A stretch of 63,568 bases of DNA, filler included, from Octopus bimaculoides (taxonomy: Eukaryota), in NCBI RefSeq assembly GCF_001194135.2. It is 7 parts of 7 records of this genome, joined end to end, with 100 filler letters (N's around TTAATTAATTAA, not from the genome) between each part and the next. Parts side by side here need not be neighbours in the genome. Positions count along the whole stretch, not along the records: positions 32,243 to 44,335 come from NC_068988.1; positions 44,436 to 57,391 come from NC_069006.1; 5 more parts are not named here. One strand, 5' to 3'. A program made the translations under genes and the position numbers. Shown in pieces: positions 37,389 to 51,153 of the stretch. The first letter of the stretch is position 1. Each line of letters opens with the position of its first letter. A model generated the notes under the pieces. It saw nothing but the letters and a program-made list of their open reading frames with translations, was not told the origin of the DNA and ran no database searches.

Positions 37389-37991
37389 TACCACTAAAAC
37401 GGAGTAACTACTATACCCAGAAAAATATTTTGGTACTGCACATGAAAATAGCGGAAAAAAATTCAAATATAGTTGTATGAGAAAATAATTCTCATCGAAA
37501 ATGTTGTCATGATGCAAAATTTCCAAGCCTTTGGCGGGAAAAATACAGACTAATATTATTGCGGTCTACATGATGTCGTCTGATTCTGCTCACTTTCGGT
37601 AACAATAACACTGAAAGCCTGATCATAAACATACTTTTCAAAATATGTTTATGATCACCATTTTAGAACTATAGTTGGAGTCATTGTGCAAATAATATGA
37701 AAAATCGAAGAGGCTATTAAAATTGGAACCAAGAACATTCTTAACATACAGCATTTTAGCATTTCTCAAAAGATCTCTGCTATATATTGGGAACTATGTT
37801 CAGCATTCTGCGTCTGATAGAAAATAAATTGATATTAGCTGCTTGGCTATTCGAATGGTATACATTATTCTTGATGTACTTGTCCATAGATGTTTGATCA
37901 AATCGAACGCTAATAACAGGAACTTTGGATCATCTTGCACGTATGTATACACATACACACACACACAGATACACATATATATATATATATG

Positions 37992-38033
<42 letters not shown>

Positions 38034-39309
38034 NNNNNNNNNNNNNNNNNNNNNNNNNNNNNNNNNNNNNNNNNNNNNNNNNNNNNNNNNNNNNNNNNNN
38101 NNNNNNNNNNNNNNNNNNNNNNNNNNNNNATATATACATAAATACATACATATATATATACATATATACATACACATATATATATACATATATGTGTATA
38201 TGCATATATACATACATAGCCGTACGAACATACAAACACATTTATATATTCTTATATTATGCATGTACTTTTATATGTATATTTTTATTCATATATACGT
38301 CTATATTTCTGTATAAATATTTTTTTTAGTGTTCGTATGTTTCTACATATATACTGTATCCGTTTGTATGTCTGTATATATATATATATATATTTCTCAG
38401 TGTTCTTAGTATATATGTCTGTATATATATATTTTCTATACGTTCCTGTGTCTGTCATCTTATGAATGTAAACCTGTCAATATAAATTTAGAAAGAGTGT
38501 TCCTAATCAGAGAATCTTGGCTTCCAACCAATTGTAACATGCTTCAATCTCCCAGTTGAATTTGTTATAAACTTCTTCATCTCACTGCAATCTGATCTAG
38601 TTATATAAACCAACTCTAATTGAAAGCTACGACTTGTAGTCAGATATTTCGAACTTAAACGTTGATGTTGAGAGTACAAACTACATAGCTGCTACAATAG
38701 AGTGTCTGTGATGTAATATTGTCTGTCACAGAAACACTGTTCATGTTTAAATATAGAAATAAATTGCCGAATACTAATTGTAAATAAGCTATTCAAAAGT
38801 TACTACTGGCTACGCGTTGAAGGTATTACGTAAAATGTAAGTATTATCATTTTTCTAAGGGTTTCACTGTTATTCAGCATTGTTAAAACCAAAATTTGAT
38901 TTCTAATTAATTAGTTTAAATTTCGTTGGTATTACTTTGTATTTTACGTGTTTAAAAGTGACAGTGAATGAATTAGCGTGACAGAGACGGGAATCTGCTT
39001 TTTCTTGATTCCAAAGATACATACATACATACATGCATACACACACACGAACACACACACACGCGCGCGCACACAGAGACACACACAGACACACACACAC
39101 ATATATACATATATGTATATATATATANNNNNNNNNNNNNNNNNNNNNNNNNNNNNNNNNNNNNNNNNNNNNNNNNNNNNNNNNNNNNNNNNNNNNNNNN
39201 NNNNNNNNNNNNNNNNNNNNNNNNNNNNNNNNNNNNNNNNNNNNNNNNNNNNNNNNNNNNNNNNNNNNNNNNNNNNNNNNNNNNNNNNNNNNNNNNNNNN
39301 NNNNNNNNN

Positions 39310-39348
<39 letters not shown>

Positions 39349-41805
39349 CAGACCAACAAACAGAAGGAGAGATAGACAGGCAGCTAGACAAACAGATAGA
39401 TGGTAGTAAAATAGATATTCAACACAGAATTCCGTTGCTTTATTATTTACTGATAACTGGATCAAATAAGACACCTCTATCTCTACAATGACGTTTCTGT
39501 TTTGTCGAGTACGTTCTAAGCTTTCACAGACGTACAAAGACATTTCAAATAGATCTGTGTGCCTAATGGTTTCTTGGCAAATAAACTTATGATTTATCAT
39601 ATATCAACGTTATTAGGTTGTCGTCGCTATTAGGTTATTTGTATGGTCAAGAAAATCTAATTCTGAATCTAGTATACATAAAATATTTGGTTAAGCAAGC
39701 ATATGATAGCCAGTCAAACTCTGACAAAATCTCTGCTCAAGCACATCTAAAATCTATGCTCAAACACATCTAAAATCTATGTTCAAACAAAACTATTACA
39801 TTTGTTGAAACCCAATTATAGTATTTTGTCATACTAACCTTTGATCTATAGTTAACCTCAAATATGATCCCTAGCTAAACAGAACTATGTATCCTGTTCA
39901 GACATAAATTTCAAATCTGATCAAACAGAACTATGTTCATCGTTCCTGTAAACCTATAATATTTCTTTAGGTCAACCAATAATCTCTGGTCAAATAAAAT
40001 ATGATCCGTGGTTAATGTGAGGTTCCATTTCTGGTCAAAATATAGTAAGTGTTTGTCTGAAGCAGGGCGTCTATCTACATAATGTATATGAGACGGCAAT
40101 ATACAATACATCCATTCTGTTTTAAAGACATGACTGCAAGTTTTTCTTCAAAGATATTCATTTCGTCTGTTTCAGCTGGTTCAAAGTATAGTTTACGCTA
40201 CATTATTGGCTCATAGATTTATTAGTATTATCAGCTAACGTTATGTTATACGATCTAAGATATACAACTTCTGTGAATTCTAAGAAATATACCCCAGTAG
40301 AGTTAATTTACTGCGACGAATTCAACGAAAAAAAATGTTACGAAAGAAAAATAATGACATTAGATAGATTTTACGGCCATAAGAAATAGGATTTGTCTGC
40401 AATATATTGCTGTTTTCTGTAATGAATTGCAAATATTATACCGAATGTTCAAAGCTGCATTTCCTTTGATCACCGGACTGCTCTCACAGAACTGATGTTG
40501 CTAAAAAGAAACAACTGCAGCAATCGTATTATCTGTTAATACAAACATGGTAATCCAACGTTTTACTATGTTAGACTGAATGTTGGTCATGTGCCTAAAT
40601 CAGAAACTATTAACGCACTGGACGGGCAGAATATTTAGAGCATTGTTAAAGCGTTACTGTTATTTAACCGGGTTCTTTTCTTTCACATTTGTAATACGGC
40701 TAAGGTCACGTTTGGTTTTTAACGCTCTGCTATCTACAAATTACGAAACGTTGCTATTTTTTTTATTTATTATTCCCTTGCTTTCATTTTTAAGCTTGCG
40801 AGAGGAGTCCATCGCTATGACTTGCGCTGAACGTTTCTGACCATTGTCATTGTGCCTACGTGTTTCGTGAAATATTGAAATTTAACACCTGCAGATGAAA
40901 CATGAAGGGGGAATTGATTTGAGATTTAGGCATTCAGAGAAGAAATTAGGTACTATATTACTGTGGGCTCTGGTGCTTGGGTATTATAAGTGCAAAGAAA
41001 ATAGGTAAGATGAGTGGGTCAAATACATCTGCGTGGAAGATGCATGAATGCAGGTAGCTCCAAATATCACAAGTGATTATAGAAGTACAGAAAAGATAGA
41101 AAAAACAAACAGTGTAGACACTGAGAGTACATGTTAGCCATAGTGTGGAACGTATCTATGAATGACCCATTCTTTGATCTATTCTAGTATATCTGGTTAT
41201 GTAAAAGAGTATCGTCTCAGATGTAGAGTAATATTTTGAGGGGTTCATACGTATAACTTTTGTAATAAGCGGAATATATTACGTTTTGCTGCAGGGCATA
41301 AGGAAATATTAAATGTTTACATATCTAAAATTACAAGAAGTTATTGCTCATTCATATCCACAGATAAAGAAAACATATGCATATAAATTCTATGAATGTC
41401 ATGCAATTTGTAAACAATTTTATCGAAAGGATGCTTAATGAATTTCGGTATTTAACAAGAATAATACGAAATTTATCAAATATTTAAACAAACACTTCCA
41501 CTGAAACTCTTCAAAATTTAACGAGCAGCCACGGGCTAAGAGAGATATATTTTCTGCAGTTATATGATTAAATACACTTAACATTTTGAATAGGTGTTAA
41601 GTAGAATTTCCTAAATAATAACAACCACTTTGTTTCTGGTTCTTTCCTGAGTATCTCTATCCTCTACAGACATATGTTCACCATATATATATTCCACCCT
41701 GATATTTCATTCTGGTAAATTGAATTATCTACAACTAATTGCTTATCGACCTAGGGTAAACTTGTCTTCGTTCGCATAGCAAGTTGCTAATATTTTGTAG
41801 CAACA

Positions 41806-42600
41806 AGGCGGCGAACTGGCAGAAACGTCACCGCGCAGGGCGAAATGCTTAGCGTTATTTCAGCTGTCTTTACGTTCTGCGTTTGAAGTCCGCCGAGGTG
41901 GAGTGGCATGGCGCTACTGTTAAAACACACGTTTGACCCGCCAGAAGAATTTCATAGCGGCATATTCTTTATATTCTGAGTTTAAATTCGCTGAGGTCGT
42001 CTTTTCATTGCATCCCCTCGGGTTCAATAAATTAAGAAACAGCCGAGCACTAACGTGCATCGATACGACTTGACCCTACTCTAGAATTTACTTTGTGTCG
42101 AAACGTGAACAAGTGTTATAATTGTTGCCAAGGCGGCAAGGTACCAGAATTGTTAACGCACCAGAAGAATTAATTATCGGCATCTCTTCCTGTTTAAGGT
42201 TCCGCGTTCAAATTTCATCGAAGTCGACAATGCCTTTCATCCTTTCGAGATCGATAAATCAAGTATCAGTCAAGTATTGGGGTCGTGGTAATCGACTTAA
42301 CCTTGATATCGAAAACTACTAGCTCTGTTCCAAATTTAGAATCCATTATCACAATTATCATTGTGGTTCTAAATGATTTTGTTGTTGCTATTGTTGTGTC
42401 GGCTGGCAAAGTCGTTACCGTGTGAGAAGAAACAATTTTCAGTATTTCGTCCTGCTGATTAATTTCTCGGCTGAAATCTCGCCAAGGCCAACTTTGGCTT
42501 TCGTCCTTTCTAGGATCGTTACAATATGATACCAGATCAGTAATGGAATTGATGTAATCGACTACCCCTCCCCACAAAAAATTCATCACTGTGTCAATGA
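41806..42600 (+). mobile_element. Cluster of diverged SINE family B copies
   Basis: Heads ggcggcgaactggcagaaacg (41806) and ggcggcaaggtaccagaattg (~42133), with repeated gaggtcgac/ctttcatcctttc cores. Confidence 0.75.
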
Positions 42601-42709
42601 AAGAATGGAGTATTGTTATGATGATTATTGTTGTTAAAAGTATTACTCCTAGAAGCACTATTTGTCGTGCTGGTGATGCTTGTAGCAGTAGCAGGAGCCG
42701 CAGTATTAT

Positions 42710-42865
<156 letters not shown>

Positions 42866-43016
42866 ATGATGCATCTCCAGAACTTGCTGCAACAGCACTG
42901 TAAATTTCCATTTGTGAGTTCACTTTCTGTATACGCTTAAATTATTAACACACACACACACACACACTTACATATATATATGTGTGTGTATGTGTGAGTG
43001 TGAATATGTGTTGGTA

Positions 43017-43067
<51 letters not shown>

Positions 43068-43567
43068 NNNNNNNNNNNNNNNNNNNNNNNNNNNNNNNNN
43101 NNNNNNNNNNNNNNNNNNNNNNNNNNNNNNNNNNNNNNNNNNNNNNNNNNNNNNNNNNNNNNNNNNNNNNNNNNNNNNNNNNNNNNNNNNNNNNNNNNNN
43201 NNNNNNNNNNNNNNNNNNNNNNNNNNNNNNNNNNNNNNNNNNNNNNNNNNNNNNNNNNNNNNNNNNNNNNNNNNNNNNNNNNNNNNNNNNNNNNNNNNNN
43301 NNNNNNNNNNNNNNNNNNNNNNNNNNNNNNNNNNNNNNNNNNNNNNNNNNNNNNNNNNNNNNNNNNNNNNNNNNNNNNNNNNNNNNNNNNNNNNNNNNNN
43401 NNNNNNNNNNNNNNNNNNNNNNNNNNNNNNNNNNNNNNNNNNNNNNNNNNNNNNNNNNNNNNNNNNNNNNNNNNNNNNNNNGGACTGCCATGTTGGCTTG
43501 GCGATAACTATTAATTTCCAGTACCGCTGCCGTAGTCTCCTTTAGAGAGACTTAGATATATTAATAA

Positions 43568-43647
<80 letters not shown>

Positions 43648-44303
43648 GCGTGGGTATGCGTATGCATGTGTGTTTGTGTGTACATATGTGTGCGAGTGTT
43701 GTTGTGTGCGTGTGTTTTCGTGTGTGTAGTCAGTCCAAATGAACAAACAAACGGATGTAAGAGATGTATAAGCTTGACGCTCGGTGAAAGGAAACATTTA
43801 AGGTTTCTCGCACAGCGCTCCGTCGCTAAGGAAAAAAGAGAAAATTCCAAAAGTCGAAAAGGATACGGCAAGGACCATTATCTACATACATATATACAAA
43901 CATGCATCCATATATATGGATATGTACATATACACGGATATATATGTGTCCGTATATGTCTAAGAGAATGTCGTTATGTATTTCTGCACCTATGCATGTA
44001 TATATATACATTTATATATATACATTTATATATATACACACACATTCACACACACTTAAAATCATATATATATACACAAAAATATTATTTAAATATACAT
44101 TTACATATATTTATGTATATATATGTATACATGTATACACTCTTGCATACATATATATATATTTGCATGTAAATGTGTGTTTGTTGTATGCGTGCGTATT
44201 TCAGGGTGCTTTCGAGAAATTTGCGTTAATACGTGTACATTCTCTGTATATTAAGTTACGGTTACTTGTAAATTGTTACATTCACTCACATGAATGTACA
44301 TAA

Positions 44304-44335
<32 letters not shown>

Positions 44336-44435
44336 NNNNNNNNNNNNNNNNNNNNNNNNNNNNNNNNNNNNNNNNNNNNTTAATTAATTAANNNNNNNNN
44401 NNNNNNNNNNNNNNNNNNNNNNNNNNNNNNNNNNN

Positions 44436-45090
44436 TTTACTTGTTTCATTCATAAGACTTCGGCCACGCTGGGGTACTGCGTTGAAGAATTTTTAGGCGA
44501 ATGAATCTATCCAAGGACTTGATCTTTGTCTTTAAGCTGGCTACTTATTCCATTGATCGCTTGTGCAGGGGTAAAACAAACACAGTTAAGAATATACACA
44601 CAGATATATATGTGTGGGGGGGGGGTATAATTATATGCGATAAGCATCTTTCAGTTTTCGTCTGCCAAATCTACTCATAAGGCTTTGGTCGGTCTGAGGC
44701 TATAGCAGAAGTCACTTATCCAAATTTTCACGTAGTGGGACTGAACCCGAAACCATATAGTTATGAAGCAAGCTTTTTGACCACATACATAGCCATATAT
44801 ATATATATATATAGATACATATATATAGGTTGAAAATATGTATTAAAAAATATAAAAAGTGTATATATGTATGTCTTTGGGTTTGGATTGCATTTGTCTA
44901 CCGGCACACTGCTTGACAACTGATGTTGGTTTCTTAATCTCACCATAACTTAGCGGTTGGGCAAAAGACACTCGTAGACTAAGTACCAGACTTCACAAAA
45001 ATGTAAGTACCGAGATCCATTTGTTCAACTAAAGCCCTGCAACGAGATGCCCCACCATGGCCGCACTCCAATGACTAGAACAAGTTAAAG
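44436..45090. mobile_element. Two SINE family A copies (minus-strand copy 44436-44795; plus-strand 3' half 44870-45090)
   Basis: Head, central tract and tail are recognisable in the minus copy; only the tail half in the plus copy. Confidence 0.7.
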
Positions 45091-46746
45091 ATAAAATATA
45101 AATGATTAACAAAGAATCCTTTAATAGTTTTACATACTTTTTAACTTCGGTCTCTTCTCCATTCTCTGCCAACTTATCAATATTTTCCACCAAATTATCA
45201 GCACATGTCTGAATCATTGCGTTCATCTGCAACAGACATGGAATGGTAGTTCAAGAAACAGGCTATTCAAGATATTCTGGTTATAATTTTGTAATCAATC
45301 AATCAATAAACTCTGACCTCTGACCCAATGTCATGCGGTTTCTTTATTCTAAGTTACTTATGTATTTGGATATAATCTTCCCACTACTAAAGATTAAGTG
45401 GTTATGGAAACATGGAAGATTCTCATGTAAACTATGTCTCTTTCTCTCTCTCTCTCTCTCTCTAGTTTTCTATCTATCTATTTATATATCCATTTAATTG
45501 CCTGCCTGTCTCTCTATCCACCTACTCACCTATATTTCTGTTTCTCAATCGATCTATTTATCCATCCTTCCATGCACTCAACTCTACACACAAATGCATA
45601 CGCCTCCCCATACATGTGTGCGTGAGTGTGTTTGTATGCGTGTGCGTGTGTGGGGGGGTGCTTCTGTATTTGTGTGTGAAAATCCTCGCTTTCTTTAAGA
45701 TAGCATCTTTTACATTGACTTGATATCATTGTATCACATATTACAATAGAATACATGTATATGTATAAATATGACATGCTAGTGAGACATGTGACATAAA
45801 CGTCAATAGGGGAAAACATAAAATAGAGCTATTAAATGCAATTATGTTCAAAGAATGTACAATTATAAAGCAATGAAAATTAACTACCTAAAAAGAGCAA
45901 TAAATTTTAGTACACACGCACACAAACATACACATCGATGCATTTTAATACAGGTGGTATTCGTTGCTAAACACAATATAATCGTAAATACCATTATCCT
46001 ATTTACGTTTCTCATTCCTATTTTATGCAAACCAAAGAAAAGAGGTGTATTGTTTGTTTATATATAACATGCAATTATATAATCGTTACATACAAAAGGA
46101 AAGTAAAGAAAAACAAGCTGACATATCGATATTTAATTGCGATGTTATCTTTGTATTACTTATTTTGAAAAGAAAAATTCTCAAAGTATATTTACGATTG
46201 CTAAAGCAACAGGCATACCTAAACTATTGTGACACTCGAAGTTGTTTCCTCAACTTCGAGAAAGATGAATTCTTTTAATTGAAACTTTCTATACATACGC
46301 TTTAGTCAAATTTAATTTCGATTATATCAGAATTTGCTGTCAAAATGTTTTCCAAAGGGTGGAGAGAGGAGCTTCAGAAAATTCACGTGCGTCGACATTG
46401 TTTCTTCATAATTCTGGGTATTTTTTAATGAATTATTCTACAGATACCTTTTAGAGTGTGTCAATTACGATTATATCGGAATTTTGTGTGTAAAAAAAAA
46501 AGGTGGACACGCACACATACATACTGAGACACATCACAATTTCTTTTCGAAATTTCAAGTTTGATTTTATAGATATTTGTGATGCGTGTATGCTTAGCTT
46601 TTTTTTCCTTTTTCAGATCAAATTCAGATATAATCATAATCTACAAACTCTAAAAGATATTTGTAGAAAATTTCATTAAAAAATATAGTGGGCCAGTATA
46701 CCACTGTGTTCATATGACTGGAAGTCCATAATAAATATCAAATGTA

Positions 46747-46804
<58 letters not shown>

Positions 46805-47094
46805 CATACATACATATATGTATATATATATGTGTATATATATGTGTGTGTATATATATATATGTGTGCGTGTGTATGTATATATATATATGTGTATATA
46901 TGTATATATATGTATATGTATATATATGTATATGTATATATATGTGTGTGTGTGTGTATGACGGATTCTCCCGTCGTTAAACAACCTATTGGGGTTCGAC
47001 AATTTCTTACCGAACAACCACACAGTTCATTTGTTTATAGTGATCAAATATTAGTGTAGACATAAGCTCACTCCTTCTATCAGATGGACATTAC

Positions 47095-47245
47095 GTGTAC
47101 AGGTGCCACATGTCCGATGACAAAATGATCAAAGAGCAACGTAAAATGAAGTGCTTCGCTCAAGAACAGAATGCAACGCTGGTCTGGGAATCGAACATAA
47201 TCTTGCAATGTGAGTGCGACACCTTAGCCATTGAGCCATACGTCT
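47095..47245 (-). mobile_element. tRNA-derived SINE family D
   Basis: A box tggctcaatggctaag, B box gttcgattccc, then ctgttcttgagcgaagcactt. Confidence 0.65.
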
Positions 47246-47339
47246 TCACGATTATATATATATAATAAATAATTGACCCTTTTCGTCTATGCAGACGGTC
47301 AATTTTACTTAGAGGTCACTTAATCGAACATATCAGGGG

Positions 47340-47636
47340 CTCCTTTTTCTGCAGCTTCTTTCATGGCTGATTCTTCCTATGATTGAAGTGCAGCTTCTGT
47401 CACAGTACTTGCATACCAAGAGGGTGGCTCAGCGCTCTGCATTTCTGTTGTTTTCCATTCGCCGCTGACGCTACTCAACTTGTTTGTTTCTGTAGCTGCT
47501 CTCTCTAGCGAAGCAGTTCCTTCCTTCACCACAGTCCTCCATGTTGTTCTGTCCTCAGCCCTCTCTTCCCAGGTGCTGACATCCACCTCACACTTGGACC
47601 ACCTAGTGTCCTTATANNNNNNNNNNNNNNNNNNNN
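47340..47636 (-). mobile_element. 3' fragment of an RTE-clade LINE
   Basis: YKDT..SKCEVDVSTWEERAEDRTTWRTVVKEG and, in a shifted frame, the C2H2-like VCKYCDRSCTSIIGRISHERSC, typical of RTE/BovB-like ORF ends. Confidence 0.85.
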
Positions 47637-48466
47637 NNNNNNNNNNNNNNNNNNNNNNNNNNNNNNNNNNNNNNNNNNNNNNNNNNNNNNNNNNNNNNNN
47701 NNNNNNNNNNNNNNNNNNNNNNNNNNNNNNNNNNNNNNNNNNNNNNNNNNNNNNNNNNNNNNNNNNNNNNNNNNNNNNNNNNNNNNNNNNNNNNNNNNNN
47801 NNNNNNNNNNNNNNNNNNNNNNNNNNNNNNNNNNNNNNNNNNNNNNNNNNNNNNNNNNNNNNNNNNNNNNNNNNNNNNNNNNNNNNNNNNNNNNNNNNNN
47901 NNNNNNNNNNNNNNNNNNNNNNNNNNNNNNNNNNNNNNNNNNNNNNNNNNNNNNNNNNNNNNNNNNNNNNNNNNNNNNNNNNNNNNNNNNNNNNNNNNNN
48001 NNNNNNNNNNNNNNNNNNNNNNNNNNNNNNNNNNNNNNNNNNNNNNNNNNNNNNNNNNNNNNNNNNNNNNNNNNNNNNNNNNNNNNNNNNNNNNNNNNNN
48101 NNNNNNNNNNNNNNNNNNNNNNNNNNNNNNNNNNNNNNNNNNNNNNNNNNNNNNNNNNNNNNNNNNNNNNNNNNNNNNNNNNNNNNNNNNNNNNNNNNNN
48201 NNNNNNNNNNNNNNNNNNNNNNNNNNNNNNNNNNNNNNNNNNNNNNNNNNNNNNNNNNNNNNNNNNNNNNNNNNNNNNNNNNNNNNNNNNNNNNNNNNNN
48301 NNNNNNNNNNNNNNNNNNNNNNNNNNNNNNNNNNNNNNNNNNNNNNNNNNNNNNNNNNNNNNNNNNNNNNNNNNNNNNNNNNNNNNNNNNNNNNNNNNNN
48401 NNNNNNNNNNNNNNNNNNNNNATATGTATATATATATATATATACAAAAATACAGCACACACACAC

Positions 48467-48515
<49 letters not shown>

Positions 48516-48809
48516 AAAATACAGCACACAGCTCGTGGACCGGGCTGTGTGTTGTATTTTTGAAAACTTGTGGTTGCAAAGCGAGCTTGTTAACCACACA
48601 GCCATGCCTGCAATTATAAATTATTAAATTGATGATTCAGAAATATCCGGAATTACATACTTACTGCTCTCATTTGATGGGAAGTAAATGAAGGGGTCAG
48701 CACCGTTCGCAGATATTTCCAATGATCATCTTTGGCTGTTGTAAGTGCAACATTACTGATTTCATCTTTTACAGATACCTAAAAAATTATAAAGACATAA
48801 AAATAATAA

Positions 48810-48952
48810 TCCTTTCTACTGGAAGTACGAGGCCTCATATTTGTGGGGAGGGGACTAGCGGATTACATCGACTCCAGTGTTTCACTGGTACTTAATTTAT
48901 CGACCCCGAAAGGATGAAATGTAAAGTTGACGTCGGCGGAATTTGAACTCAG
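48810..48952 (-). mobile_element. SINE family B
   Basis: Reverse complement gagttcaaattccgccgacgtcaactttacatttcatcctttcggggtcgataaattaagtaccag. Confidence 0.8.
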
Positions 48953-49639
48953 GTTTGTTTTGACACCGAATAATAAATGCAGAAATGAAGTCAATAATTT
49001 TTGTGTGTTTTTGAATGGCTAACATGTGTTTTCCGTGTAATTGTTTTAGTTTCAACATATGGACTCAGATCAAATCACTTTTCTGGCAAGTGTATCTCCA
49101 AAACATACAAACAGTTCATCCACCTATCCATTCATCCAGCCATCCAGCCAGCTATCCAGCTAATCAAGCAAGCCACTCAAACATATATACATATATTCAT
49201 TCTGATAAACAGACAGACAGACACACATATAAGCAATATATTAGAATATGCAACTGAAACAAGTGAAAGAATAAGAAAGAAGATAAAAGGTTATATTACT
49301 TACAGATCGATTGGTAAAGTTTGAAAATCTCTTGACTAAAACTTCTTGGATAAATTCTGGATCACTTACAATAAAATTAGGAATTACTCCAAAGTACATA
49401 CTGCCAAAAAAAAAAAAGAATTATTGATTTAGAAATGAAATAATCTAAGATTGTGATTAATATGCATCTTTATTGTTATTGTTTGCTGATCTCTAGTTAA
49501 TTCTTTGCTAACAAAGATTTTTCAAATATGTAACTGTCTTACATTTTTGAAAACATGATGGATTAAAAACTACATTGTTCTTTACAGATCAGAAACTTGG
49601 ACAATGTTACAAAGCTATGGATTAAGATACAGAAGCCTT

Positions 49640-49975
49640 TGAAATATGAATCTGTAACAGATTGGACAGGATGAACTATAAAGACAGGGTAACAAATGCT
49701 GCAGTCATAGAAAAGCTGAAAATCTAAAGACACCTCTTGTTGAGAATCAAGTTCATAGACTTGTCATATTTGGGACCAAACATGCCTCGTGAGTCATTCT
49801 AAGAGACCATCCTGACAAGTGGTGAAGAGAGGAAGGAAGCAAGAAGCCATCAAAGACATCAAAGACATCAAAGACATCAAAGAATGAACTGTAAACAAGA
49901 GCATGGTTGATCGGATGCGTGTAGCACAAGACAGAGGTAGCTAGAGATAAAATGACTGGTTGATATCCACCTTCT
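49640..49975 (+). mobile_element. Decayed RTE-like LINE 3' region
   Basis: YKDRVTNAAVIEKL..LLLRIK..LSYLG...IKDIKE*T...RVAQDR matches the W.DRVTN.EV...L.YFGH...W..DIK.W...A.DR pattern. Contains an (aagacatca) tandem slip. Confidence 0.6.
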
Positions 49976-50988
49976 GATGACCTGTACTTGTTATTATTAT
50001 TTTAACCCTAGGTCTAGCGGATGAGTATAAATATTAAAGAGTATCAGAATAAATGACTTGCAGTATATATTCCAAGTATTTAGTGTGATCGTAACGGTTT
50101 TCTGACTCATATTTGAAGACAGAGTATATGCCCGCGAACATTTGAGTCAGACGAGTCGTCTATAAAGCTAAGCGCTTTATGGCTGCAAGACCATTGGTCA
50201 CCCTATGACCGGTTATATATTTAACTTCATGTAAACACATTATTGCTCTAACTTTTGGAGTGTGCTTCTTTGGAGATATATGAACCACTGACGATGTATA
50301 AATGTATGTGTATGTGTGTGTGTGCATGTACATCTGTGTGAGCATGTGTACACTGCATCTGCCTATTTTCATATGTCTGTGCCCTGAATCTCACAACTCA
50401 TCTCCGTCCTCACTGCCAGTGTGAATCTGTTCTGCTAAACCCTTCTCGATTACCTTAGTCACAAAGAAATCATTCTTACCCATATACGTCACCATAGATT
50501 TCCCTCCAGTGCTTGAATGCTTTAGTCAAACCCTGAAAATATTAAAGCATAAATAAACAACTGTAATAACATCAACGATTCTGTGTGAAATGCTATAATA
50601 ATCAAACTTCATAGGAACGTTTTAAGTATTATATATTATGTGAATGTATATGGCCTACTGGTTAGGTATGTAGCACTCACGATCGTGAGATCATCGATTC
50701 AATTTCTAGACTTGCTGAGCACTGTGTTCTTGAGCAAAACTCTTCATTTCACGATATTCCAGTCCACACAGCTGTAAAAGGGTCACCCTGCGATGGAGTA
50801 ACCTTCTGAACTGGAGTAACGTTGCCTTGTTCACCTAGCCAGTGAAGTGGCACACACAAGCAAATGTCTATAAGCCCACCTGGAGTTAAACTAGTAGTAA
50901 CATTCATCTGCCACTTTGATGTTATTACTCGCTCTGCCGTTTAGTATACTTTACTACTCTCACTCTTCTTGTGATTTTATAACTATCT

Positions 50989-51153
50989 ACCGTAGATCCT
51001 CGAGTATAGTCCACCCTTGAGTATAATACGCAAGGGGATTTTTAGGGGGCTGTACCACTGAAAAACCTAAACCTTGTGTATAATACGCACCCCTTCTCTA
51101 ACTTGAGTCAAGGAGGTCTATATAACGTCCTTGGTTTGTAAACATATATACGG
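50989..51153. mobile_element. Tc2/pogo-like MITE
   Basis: TA-CCGTA...TACGG-TA ends with internal repeated gagtataatacgca motifs. Confidence 0.45.
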
